Source: a virus (Duplodnaviria; Caudoviricetes). Taken from it: 62,347 bases of DNA. A model generated the notes under the pieces. The model was not told the origin of the DNA and ran no database searches. It saw nothing but the letters and a program-made list of their open reading frames with translations. Made by a program: the position numbers and the translations under genes. Shown here in pieces: positions 1 to 9,199 of this stretch. The DNA lies in IMG/VR virus record IMGVR_UViG_3300033565_000090, positions 1 to 62,347 of that record, one strand, 5' to 3'. Numbering within the stretch: position 1 is the stretch's first letter; each line of letters begins with the position of its first letter.

Positions 1-372
1 TCAGCGGTTTTCGATCAGTGACCACAGAGCGCGGTCATCGGCGTTGGCCATGTGTGGTAGGCGCTCTTTCTGGTGCGTGGCGATTCCCCGTTCCAACTTC
101 CAAATGCGGTCATCCTGTGCCCGAACATGAACTCCGCACTTCATCCAGTCCTCCGGGGAGATCCCGTAAAGTTCACTGGAATTATGGTTCATTGCATGAA
201 TGGTGACTGAGGGTGGAACGGTCACAGCCTTCTGTAGTTCTGTGGCACGAGCAAGGGCGGCCTTCACGATGCCGTAGGCTTCGGCGTAATCGGGTGCGCC
301 AAGCCCTCCGTCCGCCACCGTGTCGATAAATTCAAGTGCTTCTTCTGGGGTCATCGTCGGGCTCCTGGACAT
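1..372 (-). CDS. Hypothetical phage protein
   Basis: 123-aa ORF co-oriented with the leftward operon; no recognisable motif. Confidence 0.55.
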   Translation of the reverse strand: MSRSPTMTPEEALEFIDTVADGGLGAPDYAEAYGIVKAALARATELQKAVTVPPSVTIHAMNHNSSELYGISPEDWMKCGVHVRAQDDRIWKLERGIATHQKERLPHMANADDRALWSLIENR

Positions 373-378
373 GCTCGG

Positions 379-567
379 TTAGAAGGAAAAGACGATCTCG
401 CCGTTCACGGTTTCGCATGCGTCCATATAGAGCTTCTGAACTGAGATGAGGGCAAGTTGACCGTGCCAGGGCGAACCGTGCCCGATGGAAAGGACGTAGC
501 GAATCTGCTTTTTCGGGGAATACCAGGAGAGTTCAAACACGGTTAACCTCAGAAGGATCTTGGACAA
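379..567 (-). CDS. Small hypothetical protein (start uncertain)
   Basis: 62-aa ORF with a non-ATG start, stop 6 nt before the next gene. Confidence 0.3.
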   Translation of the reverse strand: MSKILLRLTVFELSWYSPKKQIRYVLSIGHGSPWHGQLALISVQKLYMDACETVNGEIVFSF

Positions 568-706
568 AACGTGCTGCTGGCCAAGCGAAAAAACTTGATT
601 TCTTGATTTTTATTCAGTGTTTACGGTAGTTTGCGGGCAACTCAAAAAACATACCTTTGGCCAGCTAGTGGTGGTGCGGGTTTGAGCGTCCCGAGGTTGG
701 ACAGGA

Positions 707-1024
707 TTAGGCCATCTCGCTCACCAGCACGGCGGCCTGTAAACCGCGCTGGGGCTTGGTTCTTTGTGTCCGATCCTCGGAAAGCGCAACCTCAAAGAAG
801 TCCGCCTGCGTGGTCGATGCAAAACTCGGGTGCTCGTCCACCCAGGCCTTCAGGTCTTCCGGCGTGTAGACCACCAGGCGCCCCAGCCGCTTGAACTTGG
901 GGCCTCCCCCTTTGATACGAAGATCGTTCAGGGTTTGCGGCTTCATGCCCAGCATCTCGGCGGCGACGGCCACCCGGACGCAGATCGGTTCCACCCTGGA
1001 GATTTCCACCACCGCATGAGTCAT
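707..1024 (-). CDS. AlpA/excisionase-like HTH protein
   Basis: AAEMLGMKPQTLNDLRIKGGGPKFKRLGRLVVYTPEDLKAWVDE is a typical winged-HTH excisionase/AlpA pattern; ATGA coupling to the upstream gene. Confidence 0.8.
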   Translation of the reverse strand: MTHAVVEISRVEPICVRVAVAAEMLGMKPQTLNDLRIKGGGPKFKRLGRLVVYTPEDLKAWVDEHPSFASTTQADFFEVALSEDRTQRTKPQRGLQAAVLVSEMA

Positions 1025-1377
1025 GGCAGGGCCTCCTCGTCCGCATCGAGCTGGTTATTCGCCTTCTCCCAGGCCTTCTTGGCGAGGGCCCGCAGGGATT
1101 CGAGCTTGGGCTTCACCACCTGGCGCCCGGCCTCCAGCCGTTTCACCTCGAGCTCCGTGTTCCACCAGAGCTCACACCCCCAGACCACCCGTCCGTCATC
1201 TAGGCGCAGCTTGGGGATGGGCAACTGGAGGAGGAAGGGCACGCCCACCTCCGGGCACAGAATCTCCTCGGGTGGGATCTCGTCCCCCTCGTATACCCCG
1301 TAGCCCAGCAGCAGCAAGGTCTCTTCGGTGCAGGAGTGGAAAGCACCGATGCGCATCCCCGGGGTCAGTTCAATCAT
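1021..1377 (-). CDS. Conserved phage hypothetical protein
   Basis: Start at MIELTPGMRIG overlaps the upstream stop; GYGVYEGD and PKLRLDDGRVVWGCELWW look like a conserved family. Confidence 0.7.
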   Translation of the reverse strand: MIELTPGMRIGAFHSCTEETLLLLGYGVYEGDEIPPEEILCPEVGVPFLLQLPIPKLRLDDGRVVWGCELWWNTELEVKRLEAGRQVVKPKLESLRALAKKAWEKANNQLDADEEALP

Positions 1378-1717
1378 GGTCGGCCCCAAGATCCTCGACT
1401 TCACAGGACTGCCCCTGCTCCTCGAGCACCCGCTTGGCCTCGAAGATCGGAATAAGGTAAGAGTCCCTGCCCAGCGTAGGGCGGAGGTAGGCCGCAATTT
1501 TGCCGGTTCGGATCCGGTGGTAGACCGCCTGATCCGAGATGCCGAGGGCCGTGGCGAGTTCCCGGGGGGTTATCGTCGTCCCGGACCAGGGCTTCCCCCC
1601 CTTCCAGGTAGCCCCACAACAGGGGCAACTATCGATCCCTTCCCCGGCACCGTTCGGGATGAGGTTGTTGACTTCCCCAACGCCTTTGAGTGTTGGAGCC
1701 TTTTCTAACTTTTTCAT
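1370..1717 (-). CDS. HTH DNA-binding protein with short CxxC motif
   Basis: TITPRELATALGISDQAVYHRIRTGKI (HTH_17-like) preceded by CPCCG. Confidence 0.75.
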   Translation of the reverse strand: MKKLEKAPTLKGVGEVNNLIPNGAGEGIDSCPCCGATWKGGKPWSGTTITPRELATALGISDQAVYHRIRTGKIAAYLRPTLGRDSYLIPIFEAKRVLEEQGQSCEVEDLGADHD

Positions 1718-1733
1718 GTATCAACTCCATTTA

Positions 1734-3140
1734 TTAGAGTTCGAGTCGTGGTTGCTCTCGGTGTGTTCGCTTACCAACGGTGGCCTGGGCCTCCGTGCTG
1801 CGCTCCACCTCGCGGATGCGGGCGATGTTCCCCAGCAGGTCGTAAGCCACCCGGAGGTAGCCCAAGCCGAAGCGGTTGAAGTCGATCTTGATGTGGTAGT
1901 CCCACTTCTCCCCGCGCTCCATCCGGAGCATGTCCTTGGTGGGCTCCCTCCAAAGGAAGATGCCCACGGCCATGTCCTGCTCGATCTGGCCGCTGTCCCG
2001 GATGTGCTGGGGGGCTGGCTCGCCCGAATCTCCGATCTCGCGGTTGATCTGGACCAGCACGACGAAGGTGGCGCCCGTGGTCTTGGGGAAGGCCTTCATG
2101 CGCCTGGAGAGCGCCGCGGACCTTGCCGCCTCATTGAAGAACTCCCCGCTGGGCTTCCCCACCAGCCCGAAGTAGTCCAGGTAGACCACCGTGCAGCCCG
2201 TGGTCGCGATCACCTGGCGGAGCTGGGTTTCGATGAGCGCCCAGGGCGTGTCCGGGTCGATGGCCAGAATGTGGATCCGGTCCAGGATGGGCTGAATCTC
2301 CACAAGGAGAGCCCATTCGTTCGAGGTGAGTTCCCCCCGGGCCACCCGGTCCTGTTCCGCCCGCAGGGCGTGGGCCGTCAGGACCACATGCAGCTCGTCC
2401 TCGGTCATTTCCAGGGTGGCGATGGCGACATCGTCCCCCTCCGAGGCCATGGCGAAGGCGGATTGCACCATGAGGGTTGTCTTCCCACACTTGGGCCTCG
2501 CCCCAAACACGACCATGTTGCCGGCCAACCGCTTCAGGTGCTGGGTCAGCGTCGGGACGCCGATGTTCAGCCGCCCAGAGCGGCCCGTGGCCTTCGGATC
2601 CTCCGTGAAGAATCCCTTGGTCTGCAGGGTCTCCATGATGGAATCCCCGGCCTTGCGCCACTTCAGATCCTTCCGCCCCGTGGAGATGATGCCCGTCAGA
2701 TCCTGCATGGCGTTCACCACCAGGGAATCGACCTGCTCATCCTCCTGGGAGGCCTGCCGAACCATGGCGGCGCCCAGGCGGATGAGGCGTCTGAACTTGT
2801 GCTTCCGGGTCAGGATGTCGGCGAGGGCCTTGGGGCGCGCCACCTCCTCACCACTCAGGAGCTCGACCAGGCCAGCGTACCCGCCCACCCGCCCCAGATC
2901 CCCGGACTGGTCCAGAGTGTCCTTCAGGCTCAGGGCGTTCACTTCCTCGCCCCGCTCGATCAACGCCTTCATGGCCGCGAAGACCCGGCGATGCACAGGG
3001 CTGACGAAATCCTCCGCGGTCATCGAGAAGGCAATGTCCGCGGCGGCGTGCTCGGCGCCCGGCGCGCAGCAGGTTGCCAGCAGGGCCCGCTCGGCGTCGA
3101 TGTCCTCCGGAAGCTGCTCGGGAATCCACTCGTTGCTCAT
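1734..3140 (-). CDS. dnaB: Replicative DNA helicase, DnaB family
   Basis: N-terminal PEDIDAERALL, Walker A GARPKCGKT, Walker B VVYLDY, QINR and IRDSGQIEQD motifs. Confidence 0.93.
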   Translation of the reverse strand: MSNEWIPEQLPEDIDAERALLATCCAPGAEHAAADIAFSMTAEDFVSPVHRRVFAAMKALIERGEEVNALSLKDTLDQSGDLGRVGGYAGLVELLSGEEVARPKALADILTRKHKFRRLIRLGAAMVRQASQEDEQVDSLVVNAMQDLTGIISTGRKDLKWRKAGDSIMETLQTKGFFTEDPKATGRSGRLNIGVPTLTQHLKRLAGNMVVFGARPKCGKTTLMVQSAFAMASEGDDVAIATLEMTEDELHVVLTAHALRAEQDRVARGELTSNEWALLVEIQPILDRIHILAIDPDTPWALIETQLRQVIATTGCTVVYLDYFGLVGKPSGEFFNEAARSAALSRRMKAFPKTTGATFVVLVQINREIGDSGEPAPQHIRDSGQIEQDMAVGIFLWREPTKDMLRMERGEKWDYHIKIDFNRFGLGYLRVAYDLLGNIARIREVERSTEAQATVGKRTHREQPRLEL

Positions 3141-4018
3141 TCCTGCACCTCGCGGGGTTTCTCGTCCTGGGCGATGAGCTGACGGAACGCCTCCTCACTC
3201 TCCGGGGGGGCCGTGAGCCCAGCCAGGGAGGGGTGGGCGTCCAGGTAGGGAAGAACGTCTTCCAGGTAGTCCTTGTAGGTCTGCTTCCCGGGGCCGAAGA
3301 AGGTGGCGACCTCTTGGACGTAGCCCCTCTCCGCCTTCATGCTGTTCTTCACGTAGGCCCGGGCCGCCAGGTAGAGCGCGACCGGCTTATTGAGTCGTGA
3401 GTGTTCCTTGAATCGATCTCGGGCGCTGGCCTTGGGGCCGCGGTCCACCCGGATCCACTTCTCCCCCTGAAGAACCTTGGATGGCCACACCTCAAACCAG
3501 ATCGCTTGAAACCAGCACTCCAGTTCGTCCGGGAGTAGCAGGGCGGCCAAGGGGTTCTGGGGGGTCTGGGCTGTCTTCTGCTTCTTGGGTTTGTCCCCTG
3601 GTTCCTGCTGCTGGCCTGCTTCTTCCGTGCTGCTGACCTGCTGCTGGGGTGCTTCTTCTCCGGGTTCAAACGGGGGAGGAGTTGGGCACCGGGGGGACTG
3701 AACGGCCTCGTAGCCTGAGATCCGCTGATGCCGCTTGAAGGTGGGGATCCACCCGTAGGCCTTCCCCTCGGCCTCGTATTTCCGGATGAACCCGTGCTTC
3801 TGGAGGAGCACCAGGGATTCCTCCATCCGGCAGGGCAGGAACGCGAGGATGTCCAGGTGGAGTTGACGCGGACGCCACTCGAAGCACCCTTCCCTGTCGG
3901 CCACCAGCCAGAGCCCCAGGTAGGTGAGCATGGGGCGCAGGGCTGGGTGCTTGTCTTCCAAGTCCTGAAGGAGTTCGTGCTTCAGGAATCCAGGCTTCAC
4001 CGACCTAATCCTCGCCAT
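3137..4018 (-). CDS. Phage replication initiator (lambda O-like position)
   Basis: MARIRSVKPGF...LWLVADREG N-terminus typical of phage initiators; directly upstream of DnaB; carries an internal iteron array. Confidence 0.8.
   Translation of the reverse strand: MARIRSVKPGFLKHELLQDLEDKHPALRPMLTYLGLWLVADREGCFEWRPRQLHLDILAFLPCRMEESLVLLQKHGFIRKYEAEGKAYGWIPTFKRHQRISGYEAVQSPRCPTPPPFEPGEEAPQQQVSSTEEAGQQQEPGDKPKKQKTAQTPQNPLAALLLPDELECWFQAIWFEVWPSKVLQGEKWIRVDRGPKASARDRFKEHSRLNKPVALYLAARAYVKNSMKAERGYVQEVATFFGPGKQTYKDYLEDVLPYLDAHPSLAGLTAPPESEEAFRQLIAQDEKPREVQE
3606..3656. repeat. Iteron array (5 x TGCT(G/T)CT, 11-bp period), probable replication origin
   Basis: Cores begin at 3606, 3617, 3628, 3639 and 3650, inside the initiator linker, as for lambdoid ori. 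Confidence 0.75.
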
Positions 4019-4424
4019 CGGCAAGCCTCCCGACGAAGATGTGAATCCCTGGCTGAGGTTGGGCTTCTGAGCAATACCGCTTCTTGGTGGACCCTTCCAC
4101 GATCACCGAGTCATCGCGCCAGAGGATCCCGTTCAGGGCGTCCCCTACGGTCTTTCCGAGGTTGTCCCAGTCCGGTTTCCCCGTCATGTGGCGGACCTTC
4201 TTGGGCTTGCTCTTGGGGCGCTCGAAGTAGCAGATGACATCCAGGGCCAGCGGTTCATCCAGCGGGGCCTGACGCCATTCCAGACCCACCTTCAACTGGA
4301 TAAGTTGTTCCGCCTTCACGGTCTCGGGGTCGGGGTAGCTGTGGCCGTTCCGCATGGTGCGGTGGCGCCCCTTCCCCTTCGGCCGCATGGGGACAAAAGT
4401 GGAAAACACAGGGATGCGAGTCAT
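4005..4424 (-). CDS. rusA: RusA-family Holliday junction resolvase
   Basis: KPDWDNLGKTVGDALNGILWRDDSVIV motif; start MTRIPVF coupled by ATGA. Confidence 0.9.
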   Translation of the reverse strand: MTRIPVFSTFVPMRPKGKGRHRTMRNGHSYPDPETVKAEQLIQLKVGLEWRQAPLDEPLALDVICYFERPKSKPKKVRHMTGKPDWDNLGKTVGDALNGILWRDDSVIVEGSTKKRYCSEAQPQPGIHIFVGRLADGED

Positions 4425-4627
4425 TCCGCCTCCCCGTGTTCCTTCAGGAAGGCCAAGACTTCGGACAGGAGGAAATGCTTGCGCTTCCCTCCTGGGTACT
4501 TGTGCGTCTTCAGTCCCTTCGCAATCCATCCGCGGACGGTGACTGGCGCGGGGGGTGCCACGAATGGGCACCCATGCCCGGCCAGTCGCAAGCGAAGCTC
4601 CCGAAGCGTCAGGAGTTTCTCGTCCAC
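4421..4627 (-). CDS. Small HTH (excisionase-like) protein
   Basis: 68 aa; TVRGWIAKGL...RKHFLLSEVLAFL winged-HTH pattern. Confidence 0.65.
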   Translation of the reverse strand: MDEKLLTLRELRLRLAGHGCPFVAPPAPVTVRGWIAKGLKTHKYPGGKRKHFLLSEVLAFLKEHGEAE

Positions 4628-4630
4628 GTT

Positions 4631-5707
4631 CTACCCCTCAAGCGGCAGGGTTGCGCTGGGGCCCATCTTGGCGCTGGCTTCCTGCGCCTTGTTCTTGGCC
4701 TTGTCCGCAGCGGTTTCCTTGGCGCCCGGGGTCGCCGGGGCGTCCTTGGTGGTGTCCCCCTCGCCCTTGGGTTCGGCAGGGGTCTTTCCTCCGCCGTCCT
4801 TCTTCTCCTTGCGGGCCTCCCGCTCCTCGAGGACGCTATCCATGACCGTCTTCCAGGTGGAGTCGCCGTCCTTCAGGGACTGGTAGATGCCGCGCAGTTC
4901 CCCGATCTCGACGGGCGTGATGGTGTCGAGGGAGTGGTCCAGGTACTTCTCCAGTTCCGAAGGGCCAACGCCCAGGCCCTGGAACGCATCCAGCACCCGC
5001 TTGAGGGCGGCCTTGGGGTCGGCCTGGTCCTTCTTGGACAGGGTCTCCTTGATGAGGTTGATGGCCTCCTCCAGGATGTCGCCCGGCACGATGCGCAGGG
5101 CCGCGGTGCGCAGCGCCTTGGAAACCATGGCCTGCTGCTTCACCGTCACCTCGTCCTCGGTGGCATCCACGATGAAGACATCCTTCCCGTAGGAGTTCTT
5201 CCGCTTCCCGTGGACCGTCTGCCCCTCCTTCACGAACCGGCGCTCCACCCGCTTGACGATGCTGATCTCCGTGGGCCATCCCACGTTGTTCTCTAGGTCC
5301 AGCACCGTCACGCACACCACGCGCTTCGCGTCATCCTCGAACACCACCTCCTGCCGGATGTCCACGTTGCCCAGGGACCGCAGGGCCTCCTCGGCGAAAC
5401 GGATGCTGGGGCCTTCCGCGTAGGTCTGCTGGCCGTCCACCTTGCCCACCGGCTTGCGGTAGATGGCGCTCTCCGCGAACCCAGGACGGCGGCAGGCGTC
5501 GAGGATCTTGGAGCGGGCCTGGAAGACATTGCGGGGCCGCATGAGGGCCATCTGGAACCGGGTCTGCACCATGGCCTGGGCCGCAGCCATCGCCGCAGCC
5601 TGCCCGTGGTTGATGGCCTGCACGCCCATGCCCTGCGGCTGGGTCTGGACACCCATCGGAGCGTCCAGGATCTCTCCGCCCGGGCCGATATTCGGATTCT
5701 CGTTCAT
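4631..5707 (-). CDS. Putative single-strand annealing/recombination protein
   Basis: PRN...ILDACRRPGFAESAIY...GPSIRFAE family found next to YqaJ exonucleases; acidic/disordered C-terminus. Function inferred from context. Confidence 0.6.
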   Translation of the reverse strand: MNENPNIGPGGEILDAPMGVQTQPQGMGVQAINHGQAAAMAAAQAMVQTRFQMALMRPRNVFQARSKILDACRRPGFAESAIYRKPVGKVDGQQTYAEGPSIRFAEEALRSLGNVDIRQEVVFEDDAKRVVCVTVLDLENNVGWPTEISIVKRVERRFVKEGQTVHGKRKNSYGKDVFIVDATEDEVTVKQQAMVSKALRTAALRIVPGDILEEAINLIKETLSKKDQADPKAALKRVLDAFQGLGVGPSELEKYLDHSLDTITPVEIGELRGIYQSLKDGDSTWKTVMDSVLEEREARKEKKDGGGKTPAEPKGEGDTTKDAPATPGAKETAADKAKNKAQEASAKMGPSATLPLEG

Positions 5708-5719
5708 GTGGTGGTTCTC

Positions 5720-6751
5720 CTATTTCGCCCAGTAAGGTCTGAGCGTGGGCCCCTTGGACTCGGGGACGATGGTTGAACTGCAGGACGTGTGGACCTCATC
5801 CACGAGGCGCATCAGGTCTTCCACTACTGGCATGGGGATGGACTGCATCATGGGGATGGCGACGACGAGTTGAGCCCAGGCCTTCTCTGCGTCGAACACC
5901 TTTTCGGGTGGCTTGGGGGCCGGGGCCTTGAAGGAGAAGGAGCCCAGGGAGTGTTTGACCTTGGTGCCGCCCTTCTCCGCGATCCACTGGGCGATGGTGG
6001 CCGCCGTATGCTTCTTCTTGCCGTCCAGGTTGTCGATCTGGTCGCTGAGGGATCGCAGTTCCTCCGCCCAGGTCTCCACCTGGGGTGTGGTTTCCAGCAG
6101 CACCTCCTTGGCCCGGGCCTTCAGCGCCACCGCCTTCATGGCGACCTCGGGGCTGAACATTTCCACGGGGGGCTGGGTCCGGGTGGCGACGTAGGTTTCC
6201 CAGAACCGCACACCGTTCTGGATCATCAGGTCGTAGAGGGCCCGGTCGGGCTCAATGGGGTAGTCCCGCTGGATCCGGCTCTTGCCCAGGAACATGCAGG
6301 ACAGATAGGCGTCCTCGAAGCCAGCCAGAAAGACGTAGGTGTTCGTCTGCCCGAAGTAGCCGATGGGGACCGCGTTGGGCTCCCCGTCCTCGCCCCACTT
6401 GGGATCATCCTTCTCGTAAAGCTGATCCTCCCCAGCGGTCTTGCACTCCAGAACGCGCTTTCGGTTCTTGTAGATGCGATCCAGGTTTGCCGCGATGAAC
6501 GGATGCTCTGGGTGATAGATGGGCTCCGGGGGAAGTTCCAGCAGTTCCACGCCGAACTTCCGCCCGTGCCGCATGGCCACGATGGGCTCCAAGTCCTGGC
6601 CCCACTCCGTGGCCGCGTTGCCCATGAAGGTCGAGAGGCCCATCTTTCCCAGCCACACGTCCCCGGGCTTGGTGTATTCCGAGAGCCCCGAGATCGCCAC
6701 CAGGTCCGTAGCCCCCAGGTAGGTCTTTCGCAATTCGAGATCGAGTGCCAT
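5720..6751 (-). CDS. YqaJ/lambda-type exonuclease
   Basis: RKTYLGATD, WGQDLEP, ANLDRI, LECKT and YFGQ motifs. Confidence 0.9.
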   Translation of the reverse strand: MALDLELRKTYLGATDLVAISGLSEYTKPGDVWLGKMGLSTFMGNAATEWGQDLEPIVAMRHGRKFGVELLELPPEPIYHPEHPFIAANLDRIYKNRKRVLECKTAGEDQLYEKDDPKWGEDGEPNAVPIGYFGQTNTYVFLAGFEDAYLSCMFLGKSRIQRDYPIEPDRALYDLMIQNGVRFWETYVATRTQPPVEMFSPEVAMKAVALKARAKEVLLETTPQVETWAEELRSLSDQIDNLDGKKKHTAATIAQWIAEKGGTKVKHSLGSFSFKAPAPKPPEKVFDAEKAWAQLVVAIPMMQSIPMPVVEDLMRLVDEVHTSCSSTIVPESKGPTLRPYWAK

Positions 6752-6798
6752 CCGGCCTCCTTAGACGTATGCTTGAGACTATGCAGATGCAGCGTCTT

Positions 6799-6814
6799 GT
6801 ATCCAAACGCATAC
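6799..6814. promoter_or_regulatory. Putative repressor operator GTATCCAAACGCATAC
   Basis: 16-bp near-palindrome in the divergent yqaJ/DUF927 gap; matching copies at 45353, 52042, 52425 and 62146. Confidence 0.7.
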
Positions 6815-6860
6815 CGCACTCCTGAACCTAAGCCTTCCCCTCTTGGCCGTCAAGGGGGCT

Positions 6861-6910
6861 TCTGTTTGTTTTCTTTTGCTTCCCTTTGTTTCTCTTTGTT
6901 TCTGTTTGGA
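6861..6910. repeat. Five phased 10-bp pyrimidine-rich repeats
   Basis: tctgtttgtt ttcttttgct tccctttgtt tctctttgtt tctgtttgga; TTTG every 10 bp. Confidence 0.7.
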
Positions 6911-6932
6911 ACCCGCCCCGGAGAGTAGCCAG

Positions 6933-9071
6933 ATGCCTATGAACCCCATCGCCCAAGCCGCCTTCGATCACATCATGAAGGTCCATGATTCCGAGGAGCG
7001 CGGCCTGGCCCTCTCCGACCTCGCCGCCAATCAGGACGCCATGCACAAGCTGGCCCTCTGGTTCAAAGAGGACGAGGTGGCCTACCAGGGCGCCATGGCC
7101 CGCCTGCAGCAGGGCAAGATGAACCGGATTGGCAACAAGCAGATGGAAGCCTTCCACCGGGCCGTAGATGAGATCGCCCAGGGCATCTCGCGCCGCTCCA
7201 TGGCCGCCCCCGCGATCCTCTCCTCCCTGATCCAGCACTCCCAGGGCGATCTCTTGATGGTTCCCCCGGGCTACACCCTGGACATGCACGGCACCTACAG
7301 CCTGCGGCAGGGCCGTGGAGGCGCCCCGATCAAGGAGCGGGTCTGCCACTACCCGATGATCCTTGAGGGCTACGTGAGGGACGTGGAGACGGGTTCCTCC
7401 ATGGTCGTCGTGGCATGGCTGGCCAACGGGGAATGGCGTCGGATGGTGGTCACCCGGGAGGCCATGGCCATCGGCTCCGACATCAGCCGCGCCGCGGCAC
7501 CTTTCGGGGCCCCGATCCACACCGCCAATTCCAACGCCGTCATCCTCTACCTCAGCGCCTTCGAGGCCCAGAACCTCGCCCACTTCGAGGAAGTCCGAGG
7601 GGTCAGCCGCATGGGCTGGCTACCTAAGCAGGAGGCTTTCCTGATCGGGCACCAGCTCGTCAACGAGACCGGCGCGCGCACGGTCCAGAGCCCCATCACC
7701 CTGAAGGATGGTTGGGCCGACACCGATTTCGTATTCGTCCCCTCAGGGCAGGAGGTCCACCGGATCCTCGCGGGCTACCGCCAGGAGGGAACGCTGGAAG
7801 CCTGGACCAAGGCCGCCACCATCGCCTCCGAGTATCCCCTGGCCCTGGCCGGGCTCTACGTCTCCCTGCTCCCCCCCCTGCTCCAGATCCTCGGCGCCGA
7901 TAACTTCGTCTGGGAATGGTCGGGCAAGTCCTCCGTGGGAAAGACCACGGCGCTCTCCCTGGCCGCCTCCGTCTGGGGCCAGCCGCGGCTCAACCTGGAG
8001 CCGTCCATCGTCTCGAGCTGGCGCGTCACCGATGTCTACGTGGAGCGGATGCTGGCGACCCTGGGCGATCTGCCGATGTACCTGGACGACACCCGCACCG
8101 CCTCCACCCGCATGAAGAACGGCATCGACCCCGTGCAGGTCGTCTATGACGTGGTGAGCGGCACCACCAAGGGCCGGGGCACAATCAACGGCACCGAGGC
8201 CAAGCGCGCCTGGCGCACCATCCTCATGTCCACCGGGGAGGAACCCATCACAGGTGACACCACCAAGCTCGGCGTCTTCGCCCGGACCTGGGCCATCTTC
8301 GGCCAGCCCTGGGGCCGCACCGACCCCGACACCGCCGCCATGGTGATGAACCTGGAGACGATCATCTCCGAGAACTACGGGCTGCTTGGGCCCCTCTGGG
8401 TCCAGAAGCTCATGGAGAAGCGGGCCGTGTGGCCGAAGTGGCGCGCCGCATACCGGGACATCCGGGACCAGTACGGCACCCGGGGCTGCGCCGGAGACAA
8501 TGCCGGCCTCGCCGGGCGCCTGGGTAAGAACATCGCCGCCATCGAGATCTGCGCCAACCTGGCGCTCACCCTGCTCCCTGAAATCTTCACCTGGAACTTC
8601 AAGGCCATGCTCGAAGACCTCTGGAAGTGGGCCCAGTCTGATGGCTCCGGCGCCGATCCCAACCTCGAGGCGATCCTGGCGGTGCGGTCCTGGATCTTCT
8701 CCAACGCCACCAAATTCTACCCACGCAGCAAAGAGGAACCCCTCGGCGGCTGGATGGGGATCTGGCCCTTGCCCTCCAAGGGAAGGCTGGTCCCAAGCAT
8801 GTACGTCCGACCAGACCTTTTGATGGGCCAACTCCGGGCCATGGGGCACGCCAATGTGCGAGTGGTGCTGGATGATTGGTACAAGAAGGGATGGCTGATC
8901 CCAGCAGAGCGGAGGACCAAGACCGGCAACCCCCTGATCTTTTGCCGCCGTTCCGTGATTTTCGACGGGGTGACCCTCTGGGCCATGGAGTTGCGGCCAC
9001 CCATTGAAGGCGACGAAACCCTCCAGGCCTACGACGATCTCAACGCGAGGCTGGGGGATAGCATCCAGTAA
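6933..9071 (+). CDS. DUF927-domain protein, Cch-like helicase/ATPase
   Basis: VPPGYTLDMHG, GVSRMGW, GTLEAW, Walker A GKSSVGKTT, MYLDD, WRTILMSTGE and ENYGLLG motifs; GGAGAG SD before ATG 6933. Confidence 0.85.
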   Translation: MPMNPIAQAAFDHIMKVHDSEERGLALSDLAANQDAMHKLALWFKEDEVAYQGAMARLQQGKMNRIGNKQMEAFHRAVDEIAQGISRRSMAAPAILSSLIQHSQGDLLMVPPGYTLDMHGTYSLRQGRGGAPIKERVCHYPMILEGYVRDVETGSSMVVVAWLANGEWRRMVVTREAMAIGSDISRAAAPFGAPIHTANSNAVILYLSAFEAQNLAHFEEVRGVSRMGWLPKQEAFLIGHQLVNETGARTVQSPITLKDGWADTDFVFVPSGQEVHRILAGYRQEGTLEAWTKAATIASEYPLALAGLYVSLLPPLLQILGADNFVWEWSGKSSVGKTTALSLAASVWGQPRLNLEPSIVSSWRVTDVYVERMLATLGDLPMYLDDTRTASTRMKNGIDPVQVVYDVVSGTTKGRGTINGTEAKRAWRTILMSTGEEPITGDTTKLGVFARTWAIFGQPWGRTDPDTAAMVMNLETIISENYGLLGPLWVQKLMEKRAVWPKWRAAYRDIRDQYGTRGCAGDNAGLAGRLGKNIAAIEICANLALTLLPEIFTWNFKAMLEDLWKWAQSDGSGADPNLEAILAVRSWIFSNATKFYPRSKEEPLGGWMGIWPLPSKGRLVPSMYVRPDLLMGQLRAMGHANVRVVLDDWYKKGWLIPAERRTKTGNPLIFCRRSVIFDGVTLWAMELRPPIEGDETLQAYDDLNARLGDSIQ

Positions 9072-9076
9072 GCAAA

Positions 9077-9125
9077 CCCCCTGAGCCTTTTCCTAGGTCC
9101 TGCAAGACCTAGAGGCATCAGGGGG
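9077..9125. terminator. Long hairpin between convergent genes
   Basis: CCCCCTGA-GCCT..CTAGGTC / GACCTAG-AGGC-A-TCAGGGGG. Confidence 0.6.
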
Positions 9126-9199
9126 AACACCTAGGCACAGCTATGCACACCAGGCTCCTCAATGATGGGCCATCAGAAAGCCTCGTGCAAGACCTCGAA

